Below, in pieces: positions 35,401 through 48,742 of a stretch of 64,000 nt of DNA (position 1 is its first letter; each line of letters starts with the position of its first letter). Below the pieces are notes generated by a model. That model saw only the letters and a list, made by a program, of their open reading frames with translations. It had not been told where the DNA came from and made no database searches. Position numbers and translations under genes: made by a program. The stretch comes from Haplodiscus bocki (lineage: Eukaryota): NCBI GenBank assembly GCA_965655095.1, contig OZ296652.1, forward strand, positions 35,836,001-35,900,000, written 5' to 3'.

Positions 35401-35859
35401 GATGAACTCAGAGTCAACAACATAGTTTTGCTTCGGTTTTGGCCTGTATTTCTTTTGTTTGTCCTCTGAATGTATGTTTAGCGCTTCCTTGTCCACAAAA
35501 GAGTTTTTTCCTAACAATGATTTTTGATTTTTTTAATCTCTTGTTGCGTGTAACTTTTAGCGTGGTGAAAACCTATCATCTACCATTTTTTCGTCACAAC
35601 CTCTACAGAAAAACAATGCCGTATTGAATATTCAAAAAATGTTCCATGTTCATATCCACCAAAAAGATGATTTTAATTTGAATAATTTTATTCACCTGGA
35701 AAAAAAATTCTTTGAATCATGTTCTTTTGCGAAAAATCAGTTTTGTAAGAAGGAGCAACATATAGTTTAATTTGAAGTAAAATTATTTTTGTTGTAAAAA
35801 GAGGATATTTATTTTTTTTTCTTCCGGGAAGAACTCTTTGTTTTTCTTTTCACTGACAC

Positions 35860-36780
35860 GTTTGGTAAAATATTGCATTAAAAGTCATGTTAAATTTTTG
35901 ATTACAATGGTTCGAAAAGATTTGCAATACAAGTAATTAAACGCGTTGAGCGTTTTACGAGCTTTATTTCCATGCTTTTTCTGTTTACCAGCTTTTAAAT
36001 TCTCAAAATTGGACTTATTTTACGGAAGATAAACCGCCCCTTCTAACAGCAGATGTTGTTATTATCATCATTTCAAACACTTTAAAAGGTTAGCTAGCCA
36101 AAGTCGAAATCATAGCAACAACAACATGAGTTGAAATTGATTTTAATTTTGTTGATAACGTTTTAAGGTTTTTCTTTCTTTTTGTTTCCAGGTTCCCATC
36201 TTTGAAAAAAAGCACTGAATCTTTATGAGTTTTGTTTCAGTTAGTACAACTTTTTGTACTTTCTGGTGTTCATCCGACAGCAGTGAACGGATTCAAGGGT
36301 GTAGCTGGATATAATTTCGTGATAGATTTTTCAAATATCTGTGAAGTTATGTTGGTATTCAGTTCAAAATTAAATTCGAGTACATCCATGCTGACATATC
36401 TGCTACAAACAATTTCTTTTAGATATAATCGATCACCTGTACTACGGAACTTCCCAACGTCAGTGATTGTTGATAGATATGCTTTAGTATTTGCCGGTAC
36501 AGCAGCAATCCCATCTTTTGCTCCTGCCTTTTTTGGTCTTTAAGGGTTTTTGCAAAATAGTTTTAGCGTATGTTTTATTGAGTTTAGTAGAACTTTTCTC
36601 GTAGTGTACGACATGTTTCGTAATCCATCAGTTTCTATTTGATTATCACTGACAGCCGGTTTTTATATACATTCAACCCATTAACCAAATAAGTGTTTTT
36701 TGACCTGTTCAGTTATTTCACCATCTGTACATCATGTACTTGAAGAGTAAAACCTGCCAATTAGAGCTTCTGTTTTTGTT
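35860..36780 (-). pseudogene. Remnants of the Zn/amphipathic protein and the LYPxxxL membrane protein of E3
   Basis: GEIT..KHLFG..VEC...VSDNQIETDGL...AAVPANTKAYLSTITDVGKF.STG..LYL...KLYPATPL...LKSISTHVVVA. Confidence 0.65.
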
Positions 36781-36789
36781 TTCGATAAA

Positions 36790-38060
36790 AACACTCCAAT
36801 TGACAAGTTTTTTTTGCGTAAAAGAAACTTCAATTCTGTGACCAACCTCCAAATGAACGTAAAGTTTAATCCACACATATTTCTTTAGATTTTGAAAATT
36901 TATTCTTCTGCTTCACAGAAACTTATAACTCCCGGACTTCTTCGGCCAAAAATGAACCAAATAAGATTGGTTCTTCAAAACCATTCAATAATAACCCGGC
37001 AAAAAAAATTGTAATCCCAGACTATTTTTTCTTTTACTCAATTTTATGTCTTTTGGACTAATCTTTTCCAATTTTATTTTTTAAGCTCTTGTGTTGGGAG
37101 AAGTCCAAGATTTATTTCTCAAAACGATTTCTCATCATATTTTGAAACATTTTTTTGTTTTTTATTTCGATTTCGTTAAAACATCTCCAAAAGAAACAGA
37201 CAGTTTTGCTAAAATCTCCATAGTAGTTTTTTAAATACTTACTTCATAAGTTCAAGAAAATTTCTCAAACTGACATAAACTTAATTTGTATACATTTGAA
37301 ACAAATATTACAACTTTCTCTGTTTTTTTATTTTTGCGATGAAGCCTCCATCAAAAACTTGAAAAAAAAGAATGAACGTTTTTTTGGAGTCAATTTCCGT
37401 AAAGTAAATCAACCTATGAAAAAATTTTACTTCTCCATCCTCACCTACGAAATCATTTCGATAACGTTTTTTCTTTATTTTCAACATATTTAGACGGTCA
37501 ACAAAAATGGTTCCTAATCTTTCACGTTTTGAAACGTCCTATCAGAAAATTGTTTTTCCAAATTTCAACCAAAAAACGCCTCCCCGAACTTAATCGGAAC
37601 TTCTTGTTCACGAGAAAAAAACTAAACTTTTTCTTTTCGTTGGTTAACTCGAGAACAGATTCTTATTCTTCCAAAATTGTTGACTCCAACATCTTTTCAC
37701 TTTTGTCAGTTTTATTGGCATATCCAAAAAGAAAGTGTGCTTTGGTTTTGAAATGAGAGTCTTTTATGTCTCTTGTTGTATTGCGTTATTCGTTCGTTGA
37801 GTTGTTCAATTTGTTATGTTTTTCATAATATTTTTTTGTCAGTATTTTGAAGATGTAACTTTGGTCAAGCTGAAAAATATTGAAAATACTGGAAAATTAT
37901 TAAGTTTTAACTTACTGGCCCGTAAATGTTCTTCTTTCTCCAATATGAACATCTGAGTTACTTTTTCTTCCCCAAACTAAATTGAACTCTCATTGAAACA
38001 CCTCCTGATTGCTTTTCTCCCGCGCTTTGCCTCATGTTTTTTTAAACCTAACAAACTGAA
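36790..38060 (-). pseudogene. Minor capsid remnant of E3
   Basis: C-terminal GLLLNGFEEPILFG resembles E2 SIVNGIREPIL. The N-terminus is barely recognisable. Confidence 0.5.
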
Positions 38061-41000
38061 TTTTTTTCGAGAATAAAACTATATGAAAAAGTTTATCTTG
38101 TTCCGTTCAAAAAACTTCAGGCAAAACAATTCTAATTCAAGTGAATTTTTTCAATACCACGAATGTTAACACGTTTATCACTTTTATTTTTCCCTCTAGC
38201 CTAATGACTGAGTGTATGTACTTTAAATATATGAAAAAAACTTCCTAGTATTTTGAACATCTCCATTTCAACACCACATATGGTTATAGTTCTTTTCAAT
38301 GTAAAACAATTAGCTGTACAATAGTTTTTTTTATTGAAGGCAGAACACTTTTCAATGTGTTTTTTAAATTTTTTATTCCATATGCTCTGGTTGGCAAGCG
38401 AAATTGATTGTCTTTAGTATCAAAAATTTTTTGTCTAAAATTATATTTTTTGTTTCATTATAAGTTGAAACAATTCCAAGCACCATGCCTTCCATTCATT
38501 ATGTTTTTTAAATCTACAAACTTTGAAAGTCTCAATCAACATTCTTCATAATCTGATCAATCAAAAATATCGTGGTCTAAAAGTTTCCCAATCTTCTTTC
38601 ATGCACTTTCTCTACATTTATTTTAGTTTCCTCCTGAATCTTCTGCTTCAACGATTTTTTAGTTTTTCATTAGACATAGGACTATCCCAAGAACCAAGAG
38701 TGTAAATTGAAAAGATAAGATTTGCTCCAATCACTTCAAACTCTTTCATAAACTTCGAAATTCCCAACTCTTCTATTTCTTCTTTCAGTGTTAGTTGTGT
38801 ATTAAGAAGGAAACGTCCACTGTTTTCGTAAAAACAAGCTCTATGGTTTCTTGTGGTCAAGATTTAGTTTGTTGAATGAGTGTTTTTGTAATTTTCAAAA
38901 TAATAATCGTTTCTGTTACTATCTTGCAATTCTACTTTTCCCGAGAAATTGAAGCGAACTTTGTTGCTGTCACTTTTATCACAAGTTACACTACTTCTTT
39001 TAAAGATCTTGTTTTTGACAACTGCGTTTTCAATTTTTCCATTGAAAGCCAGCTTTTCTGTGTTTATGTTTGAATCAATTTGCACAACCTCTTGTTAGCA
39101 TAGATACAGAGTTATGTCTTCTTGACCTTGACGTGTGTTTTCTCTCACAATTTTGTTTGTTGACACAGGTTGTCCCACCAACTCCTTTAGCAAGAAAAAT
39201 AGTTTTGCTTTATACAAATTTGTCCAGTAAGTAAGAGTCAACCAGTGTTTTTTTACCGGTTTTCAAACTCAATGCACTGCAAATTTTTTTCATTCAGGTC
39301 TCATTCGACATCTATCAAATAGTAGAAAACTTTTCGATAAAATTAGACAATTAGTTCAATCGGTTTTTACTTTTTTCGGTTGTTAAACTCATTTTTTTCC
39401 ATCTTTGTACTTTTTGATGTACTTTTTATCAATGTCTCAATCGACATCTTTGTATTTGATCTTTTTCAAAAATTATCTTTTGGGCTTGGCTTTAAGCATC
39501 GAATCCCTGATGCGCCTAAAATGTAGAATGTTCAAAGAGTTTCTCTGAAACTTCGTTTTGAAATCTGCCATCAACGGCTTTATGGACAGCTTTGAATTCT
39601 GAAATAAATTATCTCATTTTCTTGATGCTGCTACATACATGATACCTGATGGTCGCAAAATTGCTAATGATTTCGATTGTTATCGGTTTTTGACCAGCGC
39701 AGATGTCGGCTGGTTTTCTTTCATCAGAGTTTTATCGACAAAATTTGTAAAATGTAATTAATTGATTATAATTTAAGTCTTGCTATTCGTCTGCCGCAAA
39801 CTGCGACTGAAGTTGGTTATTGTTCTTTCAAAATTGCGTTCTATCCAAAGTACCGGGACCTTTTTCAAATGTATTTTATGTATTTCCGATCGATTTTTTA
39901 AGCGCCCCTTTGACGGAAGATATCGCAGTGCCATGGCGCCTCTTGTTAAAAGATTCATCATTTCCTATTTGATTGGACCATAGCCAATTCAATGTTTTTC
40001 AAAGTATCTTTAATTGACCATCGTCAGGCTACAACATCACGAGCAAATTGCATGGCGTAGTCCGGGCAACAATTGATTTTGGTGCTTACACAACGCAGGT
40101 GAGGGACAATTTCTCATGCGACAACAAAAATAAAAATCAATGGCTGTGAAAGATCGAATTGGGCTAGCACTCAAACACCAAATGGGAGTGCAGACTTCAA
40201 AGTTGCCGTTGCCTTCATACCCCAAAGTACTGGAAAAGTGAGTGAGCTAACCACAACATTATTATTAAAATAATTTAATTTTGAAAATTTGGAGTTGACA
40301 CGTGTATTATGTGATGGAAACCTCTGGGGGTAGAATTTTTGTTTCAGATGCGGTTTCATAACTTCGAAGACGATTTCTCGGAAGCGCCATTTCAAGCTGA
40401 ATTCTGTTTTTTGAAGAAAAAAGACGTCATACATAAAAAGAGAAAAAATAACACAGTGAAACAAGACCGTATTGTTACAAAACCGTATCGGTACTTGACA
40501 TATAGCCTGAAATCGTGCATGGGGAATGGGGAGCTAGGTGAGTCCCCCGAGTCTTCGCATGTCCCCCTTTTTCAAGCTCAAGGCCAGAAGAATAGTTACG
40601 GCTCGGAATCCCGGCACTTTGCAATTTTGTGGTGTTAATTTATTGTATACTAGCGAAGTGTGGAAAAGAATATAAAGTATCGGTGTACTTGTTTTTCATT
40701 TCAGGAAAACACCAACTATCATCTCTATTACCCATCAGGATCAGGCAGCCTCAATTTTTTGTAGAAATATTTTTAGGTCTGAATTTGTCGGCAATGGCTA
40801 AGCGTTGAATCATGGAAAATCCCTAGTGTACACTCCTTCTCCTCCCAGAACCCGACACGGGAAAGGTAAGAATTTGTGACACTTCACTTTGTCTCCTGTT
40901 GCCCCACCTCACCTTTAAGGTTTCCATTACCGTAGGCATACGAGGAGTGAGACTGAAAAATCAGTATGACTTTAATAACATTCTTCTCCATTTTGTATAA

Positions 41001-44000
41001 TCATTGCATAACATATTTAGGATGAACCAACCGGAGATTTCAGAGTAGTGGCTCTACGACAATTCAGACCAATTTCAAATTCGGACCAAATGACGGATTC
41101 AGATTAAAAACAAATTCGGACCAAAAATTTAAGCTCCGTCCAAATTATTTCGTTAAAAAACTGAATTACTTAATATGAGAACAAACACATCAGAGCGTTC
41201 ATCATCATACAACTCGTCTATTCTTTTAGAGTGGAAAACTGACCGTTCTTTTTTGACATTGACTAACTTCGTGAATGTAGTGTAACGAATAAACCAAATG
41301 ATTTGAAAAAATTGTTTTGAGTACTTTAGCCAAATGTATGTGAACAGGAGACGCACTCACAACGCGTTCAAAATGAGTAAACACTTTTGAAATTGGAGGA
41401 CGTCAAAAAGAAATGAATGTTTTGGAGACATCTTTTTATGTAACTTTTGAGGTCGAACAGGAAAAATAACAAGCTGCACCAAAGTTTAACTGACGGTTTC
41501 GAAATTCAAAGGAAAGAAACCAGATGCATTCTGCATCTCACTAGGACAACAAATCTGCAGGGAAACTGACTTCTTGTCACCTTCTTCGAACATTTTGCTA
41601 AAGGGTTGGCCAGCCCGTAGTCCAAACGTACTTCCAAATTCAGCAGAGACCCGATCTTTCTGAATTGTACAGCCAGTCATGTTAATGTTCCAAGACGCGT
41701 GGACTCCGGACAAAAAATCAAACGTCCATCAATAAAATTCCTTTCTGTTTTCTTCCATTGGATTTGAAAATACGCCAACTAAAATCGAATTACATTCAAA
41801 ACCAAAATAAATCAAAGATTTAGTGGACACCGTACAGTTGATAACTTAACATACTAAACAAAAGCAAAAATGTTTGAAAACCCATTAATTGCAAGCTCAA
41901 TTCGATTCTTTTGGTAACCTTCGAGCATGTTTTTAATACTTTGGGCAGTCTTTTGATATTGGGCATTTTTGGGGAATAACTTTTTAGTTGGCATAATAAT
42001 TAGTTTTTTTTCTGCCGCGTTTTTTCTTGTTGCAATAAATCAACACAATTGAAAATTGTACGATAAATATAACCTTTACTTAAACTACGTTGTTGGTTTT
42101 TGGCCTATTTCTTTGGCATTTTTGAATTGGCACTAAAATTGAAGCGAAAAAGAAACCCAGTTCGCCTCCGTTGCAAAATTGCTTCTCCCAGCCACGTAGC
42201 CTCAAACTAACAAAAAAGTGCAGTTTTTTCATTTTGCATATTCAAAAAAGATTTTTTGAGTTTTTTTGACTCAAGGAAGATATCTTCTTCAGGTGTTAAT
42301 GTAAGAACAAGGAACGACTTCAGAAAATTTCGACAGATTGTGTTTTCTTGATATTCTTTTGCCAATCCAAGACTTTGATTTTTTCACCAATTTGTCTGTG
42401 CAAAACGAAGAAAGCAGCTTTTTATGTTTGCTTACGAGAAATTTGATTTTGGGGTTTTTAGAGAATCTTTGGAGAATTCCAGTTTATTTAAGTTTTACGA
42501 TGTTTTGAAGACATTAAAGCAATTGGTGCTTTCTGTGTCGAAAGCATAAATTGATACTCATATAAATGTGGTTTTGAAGTTATCGGCAAGATACAAACAG
42601 AAGATGCTCAATAGGTTATGGGTCTCCGCAACAACTCTTTTTCACTGAATACGACGCAGCTTCGTTCTATGACTAAACATTGAGCCACTACTTCTTCAGT
42701 TGAGTTGTTGATTGACATCTGTACAACCTTCCTCGGTCATTCTATGTTTTGTGCAGATCTGTTTTCTAATTTTGTTTCAATTTTTACCAACCAGCTCCTT
42801 TTTTGCGGGGTTAGCTCCATGGTAGTGTGAATGAGTTGGGAGAGATTTGAAGAATGTCGTGAGGTTTTCCAAGAGCATATGTTCTTTGAACTTGTCTGTA
42901 TTTTTCTCCGAATGACTTTTTTTCTATTTGGACTAACTTTTGATGACGTTTGTTAAGTTTTCGGTTTGTATTACAGTTACAATTATCAGGCGCAAATGAA
43001 TTATTTCATGAAAAATTTCTTTGCACGTATTTCTGGTTTTCAACAACGTTCAAAATTCTCACCGAAAATGAGCTCTTTGAAGTAGTACCGCATAAATTTT
43101 GAAAATTTTCAAACTCATTATGTTGGAAACTCTCTGACTTTTGGTAAAGCCACTTGAACCTTTATCATAATAATTTCAAAACGAAACAAAGAGACTTCAG
43201 AGCAAATTAGTTAAAAAGTCGAAGAAACGGTTTCTTTACAACTAAGTAGAAGAGCAACTTATTATTGCAGTACTTTGTTTTTAGAAGACTGAAACACTCA
43301 CCCTGTATATGATTTTACTTCTTTCAAGAAAATACTTTCTCAGATAATGAGCTTTGTCTTCAGTGCTGTACGTCACAATTAGCAGAACGTATCAAAGTCC
43401 TTCCATAGTAAGCTATACAATCAAATATTTTTCGCTATCGCAAAAATTTGAAATCCACACAAAAATCAACCACCGCCACTATCAAGTTTTGCGGAAAAAC
43501 AAAAATAGGACCATCAGTTCGAAATTTATTCGTGATACCCCGTTTTACACTTTTTTCCATTTTTTTTCGGATAGGTATTGCCACATTTCTCATTTTTTGC
43601 AGGCAGCGTATAGCGCACTAAATGAGTTTCGACGCGAAATATTCAACACTTTGAGAAAAAGTTTTCAAGGTACTCATGTTAATTTTCTTAAGACCTGCCA
43701 AATTGCTCGGTTAAATTCTTCTGTCTTTGGACAGATAATTGTTCTTGAATTTTGGTCAGAATCATTTGAAAATTTAATTTCGAACGTCAGTATTTAGAAA
43801 GTTCTGCTGATTATTTTTCAAAGTATTCTTGACTAGTTTTTATGTCCTCACAGAAAGTTGGACTTGTTTGCAATTGTAGCAACTTATTTCATTGAAGCTA
43901 TAAATTCTACTAATATATTTTTGCATGATGTGATTTTAAAATTCAACTTAAAACTACAATTTCAAATCTAATATTTCGTCTACATCGAGATTTCTTCACT

Positions 44001-44599
44001 TTGTTTTTGTAGTTTTTCAGCTGAATTGTTTCTTACCTATGCTTTTGATTAACTCCAAAACGTATTTCGGTACTTTATTTTGTGCGAGTTAGCATTTTTC
44101 TGGAGAAGTATCCAATTTGTTTCCAATTTTTTTGAACGAGTCATATATTTTTTATAGACAACTGTTTTCGATTTCAACATAAATTGAGCTTTTTTTCATA
44201 TTTGAAACTGCGAAATTTCTCTGGTAAGCAAGGTAAATTTTGTCTTTGGTTTTACATGTCGAAATAAGGAGGCTGACCTTTCAAGACCAACTCTCGCCGT
44301 TAAAGGACCTCCTTTTGCATACTACCACTCCATGATGCAGTTGGTAGAGAAAACCTGCTTTAGCTTGATACGCAGCGGTTCGCAATATCAGCATTAGGGT
44401 TAACTATTTATTTTTTTAAATTATTTAAGAGTTACCATTACACAATTTTGTAGTCTTTTCAAGATAATTTGAAACCAACCGATCCATTTTCTCCGTAATT
44501 GCCCGCCTTAAATCCTAATTTTTGAGAATTTCCGTTGAAGGTTCAGTTTCGTGAGAAAACTACGATTAATTAGGCTTGCTTTGCTTGTATTATTAGCTT

Positions 44600-45960
44600 T
44601 CCACAATGTCCATTCTTGAACAAGGTAACGACCCAGTCTCATGGAATTTATGCCTCATGATTAACAAAAGGAGTTGAAATCCGAATTTTGTCGCAAGCCT
44701 TTTCTCAAATATCGACTTTGGTTTAAAGTTCGCAGTGAAGTGCTTGCCCAAAATTTTTTGACGGAACAGTCGTTCTCTCATTTTACCAATAACTACTTCC
44801 ACAACAACTACCAGACAAATTCTAGTCTTCATGATCGGCCAAAACACAGGCTACCCAGGAACCTCCTAAATGATACAGGAAGGAAAACAGAAGTATTATT
44901 ACCGATGCTGAACAAAACTGAACGAAACCAACAAGAACAAGAACCGATGCTGAACAAGAAACCAACGAATATTTCGCAACCATTAAAAAAATGCCCATTT
45001 GATTTGAATGGGACCCTGGCATGAATGGGAAGACATGTTGCAGAAGGATATTCTACCTGGATTATCATAAAGTGGAGATTACGAAAACAAAATTACTGCC
45101 TCAGATGAATCTCACGATGCCTATTCACTTAGCCAGTGATAACACCCAATGCCCTCACAGAAGCCAAAATCATCATACCCATTATCTTTGAACAAACCTA
45201 TCTTGCTACGACCGAAATATCTTCCAAAGGTTCCGTCTTTGCCTCATAATAAATTTCCCAGGTTGCAACTGTACTTGCTGGAAAAATGCACCATGCCACA
45301 ACAAAGAATGCACAAACACAAAAATAAAGATCTTTTACAGAACGAATGCCTCAGTCAAAACAATCCGGTAAACGTCACATGGTGAATGTAATCATCAATG
45401 GCACAAATACCTACCCCTGGATATTCCATAACATAACACCACCTACCAGGCTGAAATTGGCTGAGAACCTACTCGTATTTTCCACGGATGTATTCCACAC
45501 AAAAACTTGAACCGCATGTTTGGATAAAATGCAATTTTCAAATTGCGTATCATTTCAAATTTTGACGAAAAAGAAACAAAGTGTTTCATGACAAACCAAG
45601 AAAACTATGCAATCCTACCTCAAAAAAAGCTACTAAGATCGCAAAAGTGAAGCATCACCTTGAATTACAGATAATTACCGTTTTATCATAAACCCAAAAG
45701 CTGATACAAGATCAACCAATAATCTTTTCTACGAATGTCGAGGAGTTGGGCCTTACTAGACTTTTACCTAATATTAAAAGTAATGTACCGAGACTCAGCA
45801 CCAGTAAATCATATAATATACACCACATACTACTCAGAAAATAAGTCCCACAACAGCTCTACCTGGCATCATAGCACGGGACAAGATTGGCGGAAAGATG
45901 ACCAAATAACGGTCCCACAAAAATATTTACATGCAATTACATGGATTTACCCCAGTTTAC
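44600..45960 (+). mobile_element. Gypsy/Ty3 LTR retrotransposon integrase remnant
   Basis: SRCLFT.PV...AKIII, SKGSVFAS...HATTKNAQT, QWHKYLPL..HNTTY..IG.EP.RIFHG, MQSYLK...DRK, GPY; many stops and frameshifts. Confidence 0.8.
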
Positions 45961-46571
45961 ATGGTGTATGATGGTGCAACACGTTTAGATGATGAAACAC
46001 TCACTTTTTAGTCTCTTAAAAGCCTTCCGTTGCTTTGAAAATTTTCCTCGATACCTACTGGTTCGACTGTCAACATCGTTTTCTTACTTATCTTTTTCAG
46101 AGGTGCATCACGTGAATTCAAAACTTGTGAACCGCTTTCCGACTACCGCTTGCTACAAAGACGGAAGCTAGACCGAATTCCTACTGACCAATCGGGCGCA
46201 TTCATATCTGCCTTCTGTTTCTTTGCCTTTCGGTTTTTTCAGTTTTTGGAACAGTTTTTTTTCGGTTCAAATCTTTCCCTCTTCTTACGCTTTTTTCCAC
46301 TGAAGGTCTCTCCACCCTCATCAATTGACTTTTCAACAATCACCAAAGCACCACTCCATACATCTCCACCTGGACAAATTCAAACATGGTTTGAAATCAG
46401 AGATTCCGTATGCTCACTCGATTACACTAATCAATTCATTTTCAAGCTGAATACACTACAGTTTCACAATTTGCCACAGCATTTTCCAGAAGTCTTTCTA
46501 CTTTTGAGAAAGACCCATCACATGTACCTCAACAAATGTACCTCCAGCTTACAGATTGATGGGAAACTGTA

Positions 46572-47200
46572 CACTGTAAACGCAGGTAACTTTACATGCA
46601 GTTCGCAGGTAAAAAGGTCCCTCGCGCAGTTTACCTGCGTTACATGCAGTTTACCTGTAAATACAGGTAAATTTATCTGCTTCGAGGCGGCAAGCACCTC
46701 GCGCAGAACACACGCGAATTGCCTGCGGGCGCATGTAAATTTACCTGAATACCACAGGCATTTTACAGGTAGTTTTACATGCGGACCTCATGCAAATTTG
46801 CCCGCGACTAGCATGCAAAATTGCCTGCTTCTGCAGGCAAAAATACATGCAACTCACAGGCAAAAACACTGGAATCGCAGGAAAAAATACCCGCACAATC
46901 GCAGGCAAAAAAAACCTGCAATTCTACGCAGAATTACCTGCAATTGCAGGCAATCTGCTATCAGACCGCGGGTAAATTCACCTGCAAATTGCAGGTAAGT
47001 TAGCCTGCATCATGCAGGTGAAGTTACCTGCAACTTGCGTGCTTTATCAAGTGCTATCGTGTGTATTCTGCGTTAGGTGCTTGCCGCGTAGAAGCAGGTA
47101 TAACTACCTGTTTTTACAGGTAAACTGCATGTAACGCAGGTAAACTGCATGTGAGGCCTTTTAACCTGCGAACTGCAGGTACAGTTACCTGCGTTCGCGG
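46572..47200. mobile_element. Foldback MITE with CACTGTAAA terminus and ~135-bp imperfect inverted arms
   Basis: 46581-46716 is the reverse complement of ~47059-47195; rich in GCAGGTAAA/TTTACCTGC. The right terminus is eroded. Confidence 0.8.
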
Positions 47201-47299
47201 GTAATGCAATCTTGTCGAAAATCTATCATTACTTGCTGCAAAGCTAGAAGGGAAGACGCACAAACATAGGAAGTAAAGTTGCAATACATTGCACTACTA

Positions 47300-48213
47300 T
47301 TACAGTATACGAAGTAGTACATCAAAAGACAGTTAACACAGAATTTGGAAAACAGACTCTTTGGCTTTCAGAAGTAATCAAAAGGTTTTACCACTACTTC
47401 CAGGAAAAACAGTCTGGAAGACACAAAAACAGAGAGTAAAGTTGCATTGCATTCCTAAAACTTATCAATCGATATTACAAAATCCTACGGCTAAAAAGTA
47501 AAAGCATTTATGAAGAACAGACCAGAATACCCCTCAACTTAAGCATCGAAAAAATTGATGTCGTCAAAAAAGAAAAAAAATTGAGCAATTCTTGCAGATT
47601 CCAGTCCATACAGATATTAAGTCAACGAAGTAAGCCTTTTTCCAACAAAAAACCACAAAATCAATCCATTCGTGGTCAAATCACTTTTGGAATCCATTTG
47701 CAAACGTTTCCGTCAAAGTGCAATACCAGAAAACTTCAATCTAAAACCTGAAACACAGCTGAATAAAACTCATTCCAATAACGGAGGCAACTATACCCAT
47801 CAATACAATGAAGTAAAAGAGAAGATGTAACCAGTTTCCTTCATTTATGTCTGAACCATATTTGATTACCAGGTAAAACACATGTATGCATCTCAAAAAG
47901 TTCAAGTTTTTTTGTAGTCTTCGCAGGCCAGAAACACATTCAGGCACGCACAGGGCCACCTATGAGAAGGCGCATTAACAGGCTCCATTAACATCTTTCA
48001 AAACACAAAGGTTACAGTATACGAAGTAGTACATCAAAATACAGTTAACACAAAACTTGGAAAACAGACTATTTGGTTTTCAGAAGTAATCAAAGACATT
48101 TACCACTACTTCCAAGAAAAATAGGCTGGAAGACAAAAAAGACAAAAAGTAAAATTGCATTGCTTTCCTAAAGCTTATCAATCGATATTACAAAATCATA
48201 TGCCTAAAAACTA
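47300..48213 (+). repeat. ~200-bp local direct duplication (47300-47500 and 48012-48213)
   Basis: TTACAGTATACGAAGTAGTACATCAAAA...TCAATCGATATTACAAAATC is present twice. Confidence 0.85.
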
Positions 48214-48742
48214 CACTGTAAAACTTCTGCCTTTACTTCACCAATTTTAAGATTCGAGTTGCTTTGAGTTTTTTTATGTAGCCCCATAAGATCCATTTTA
48301 AAGTTGTTTCCTCTTTAGATTTAAGTGACAACAGCCAATAGTCGATCTTTTTGACGGTAGTGAAGACTTTTTCAGCGAGCTGTTTTTTTTTGGATAACGG
48401 TTTGAAGAGCCATCAAGTAACACTTCAACGTTTTTGGAACAAAATCAAATTTGAAGGGTTCACCATTGACTTCAAAGGAAACAAATGGTCACTTTGGTCA
48501 AGTTGTTTGGAACTGGATAAAAGGAAACGTCCGGAGGTTTGAAAAAATCCGCCCGGACGCGAACAATAAAAACTTCATGTGAATTACCTGCGGGCGCAGG
48601 TAAATTTCCGCCAGTTACGCTCAGAAACCGCAGGCAATCGGTACCTGCGGAGGTTTTTGCCTGCATCCGCAGGTATTTTTACCTGCGGATCAGTTTAACT
48701 GCGGCCTTCGCAGGTGATTTTGCACGCGCCAGTTTTACAGTG
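48214..48742. mobile_element. Complete non-autonomous DNA transposon (CACTG termini, TA flanks; EnSpm/CACTA-like)
   Basis: TA|CACTGTAAAAC...GTTTTACAGTG|TA; internal GCAGGTA/TACCTGC motifs shared with the 46572 element. Confidence 0.85.

Larger units (their letters stand above)
30250..39100 (-). mobile_element. Highly eroded Polinton/Maverick element E3 with E2's gene order; boundaries approximate
   Basis: Remnants in order: protease (~38230-38600), penton, Zn/amphipathic protein, LYPATPL protein, ATPase, structural ORF, MCP, possible integrase (+ strand, ~32200-32580), pPolB. Confidence 0.8.

Noticed and set aside
46150-46998. 282-aa ORF, the longest in the track
   Set aside because: It runs from low-complexity sequence into the palindromic MITE; no recognisable domain, so likely a chance open frame.
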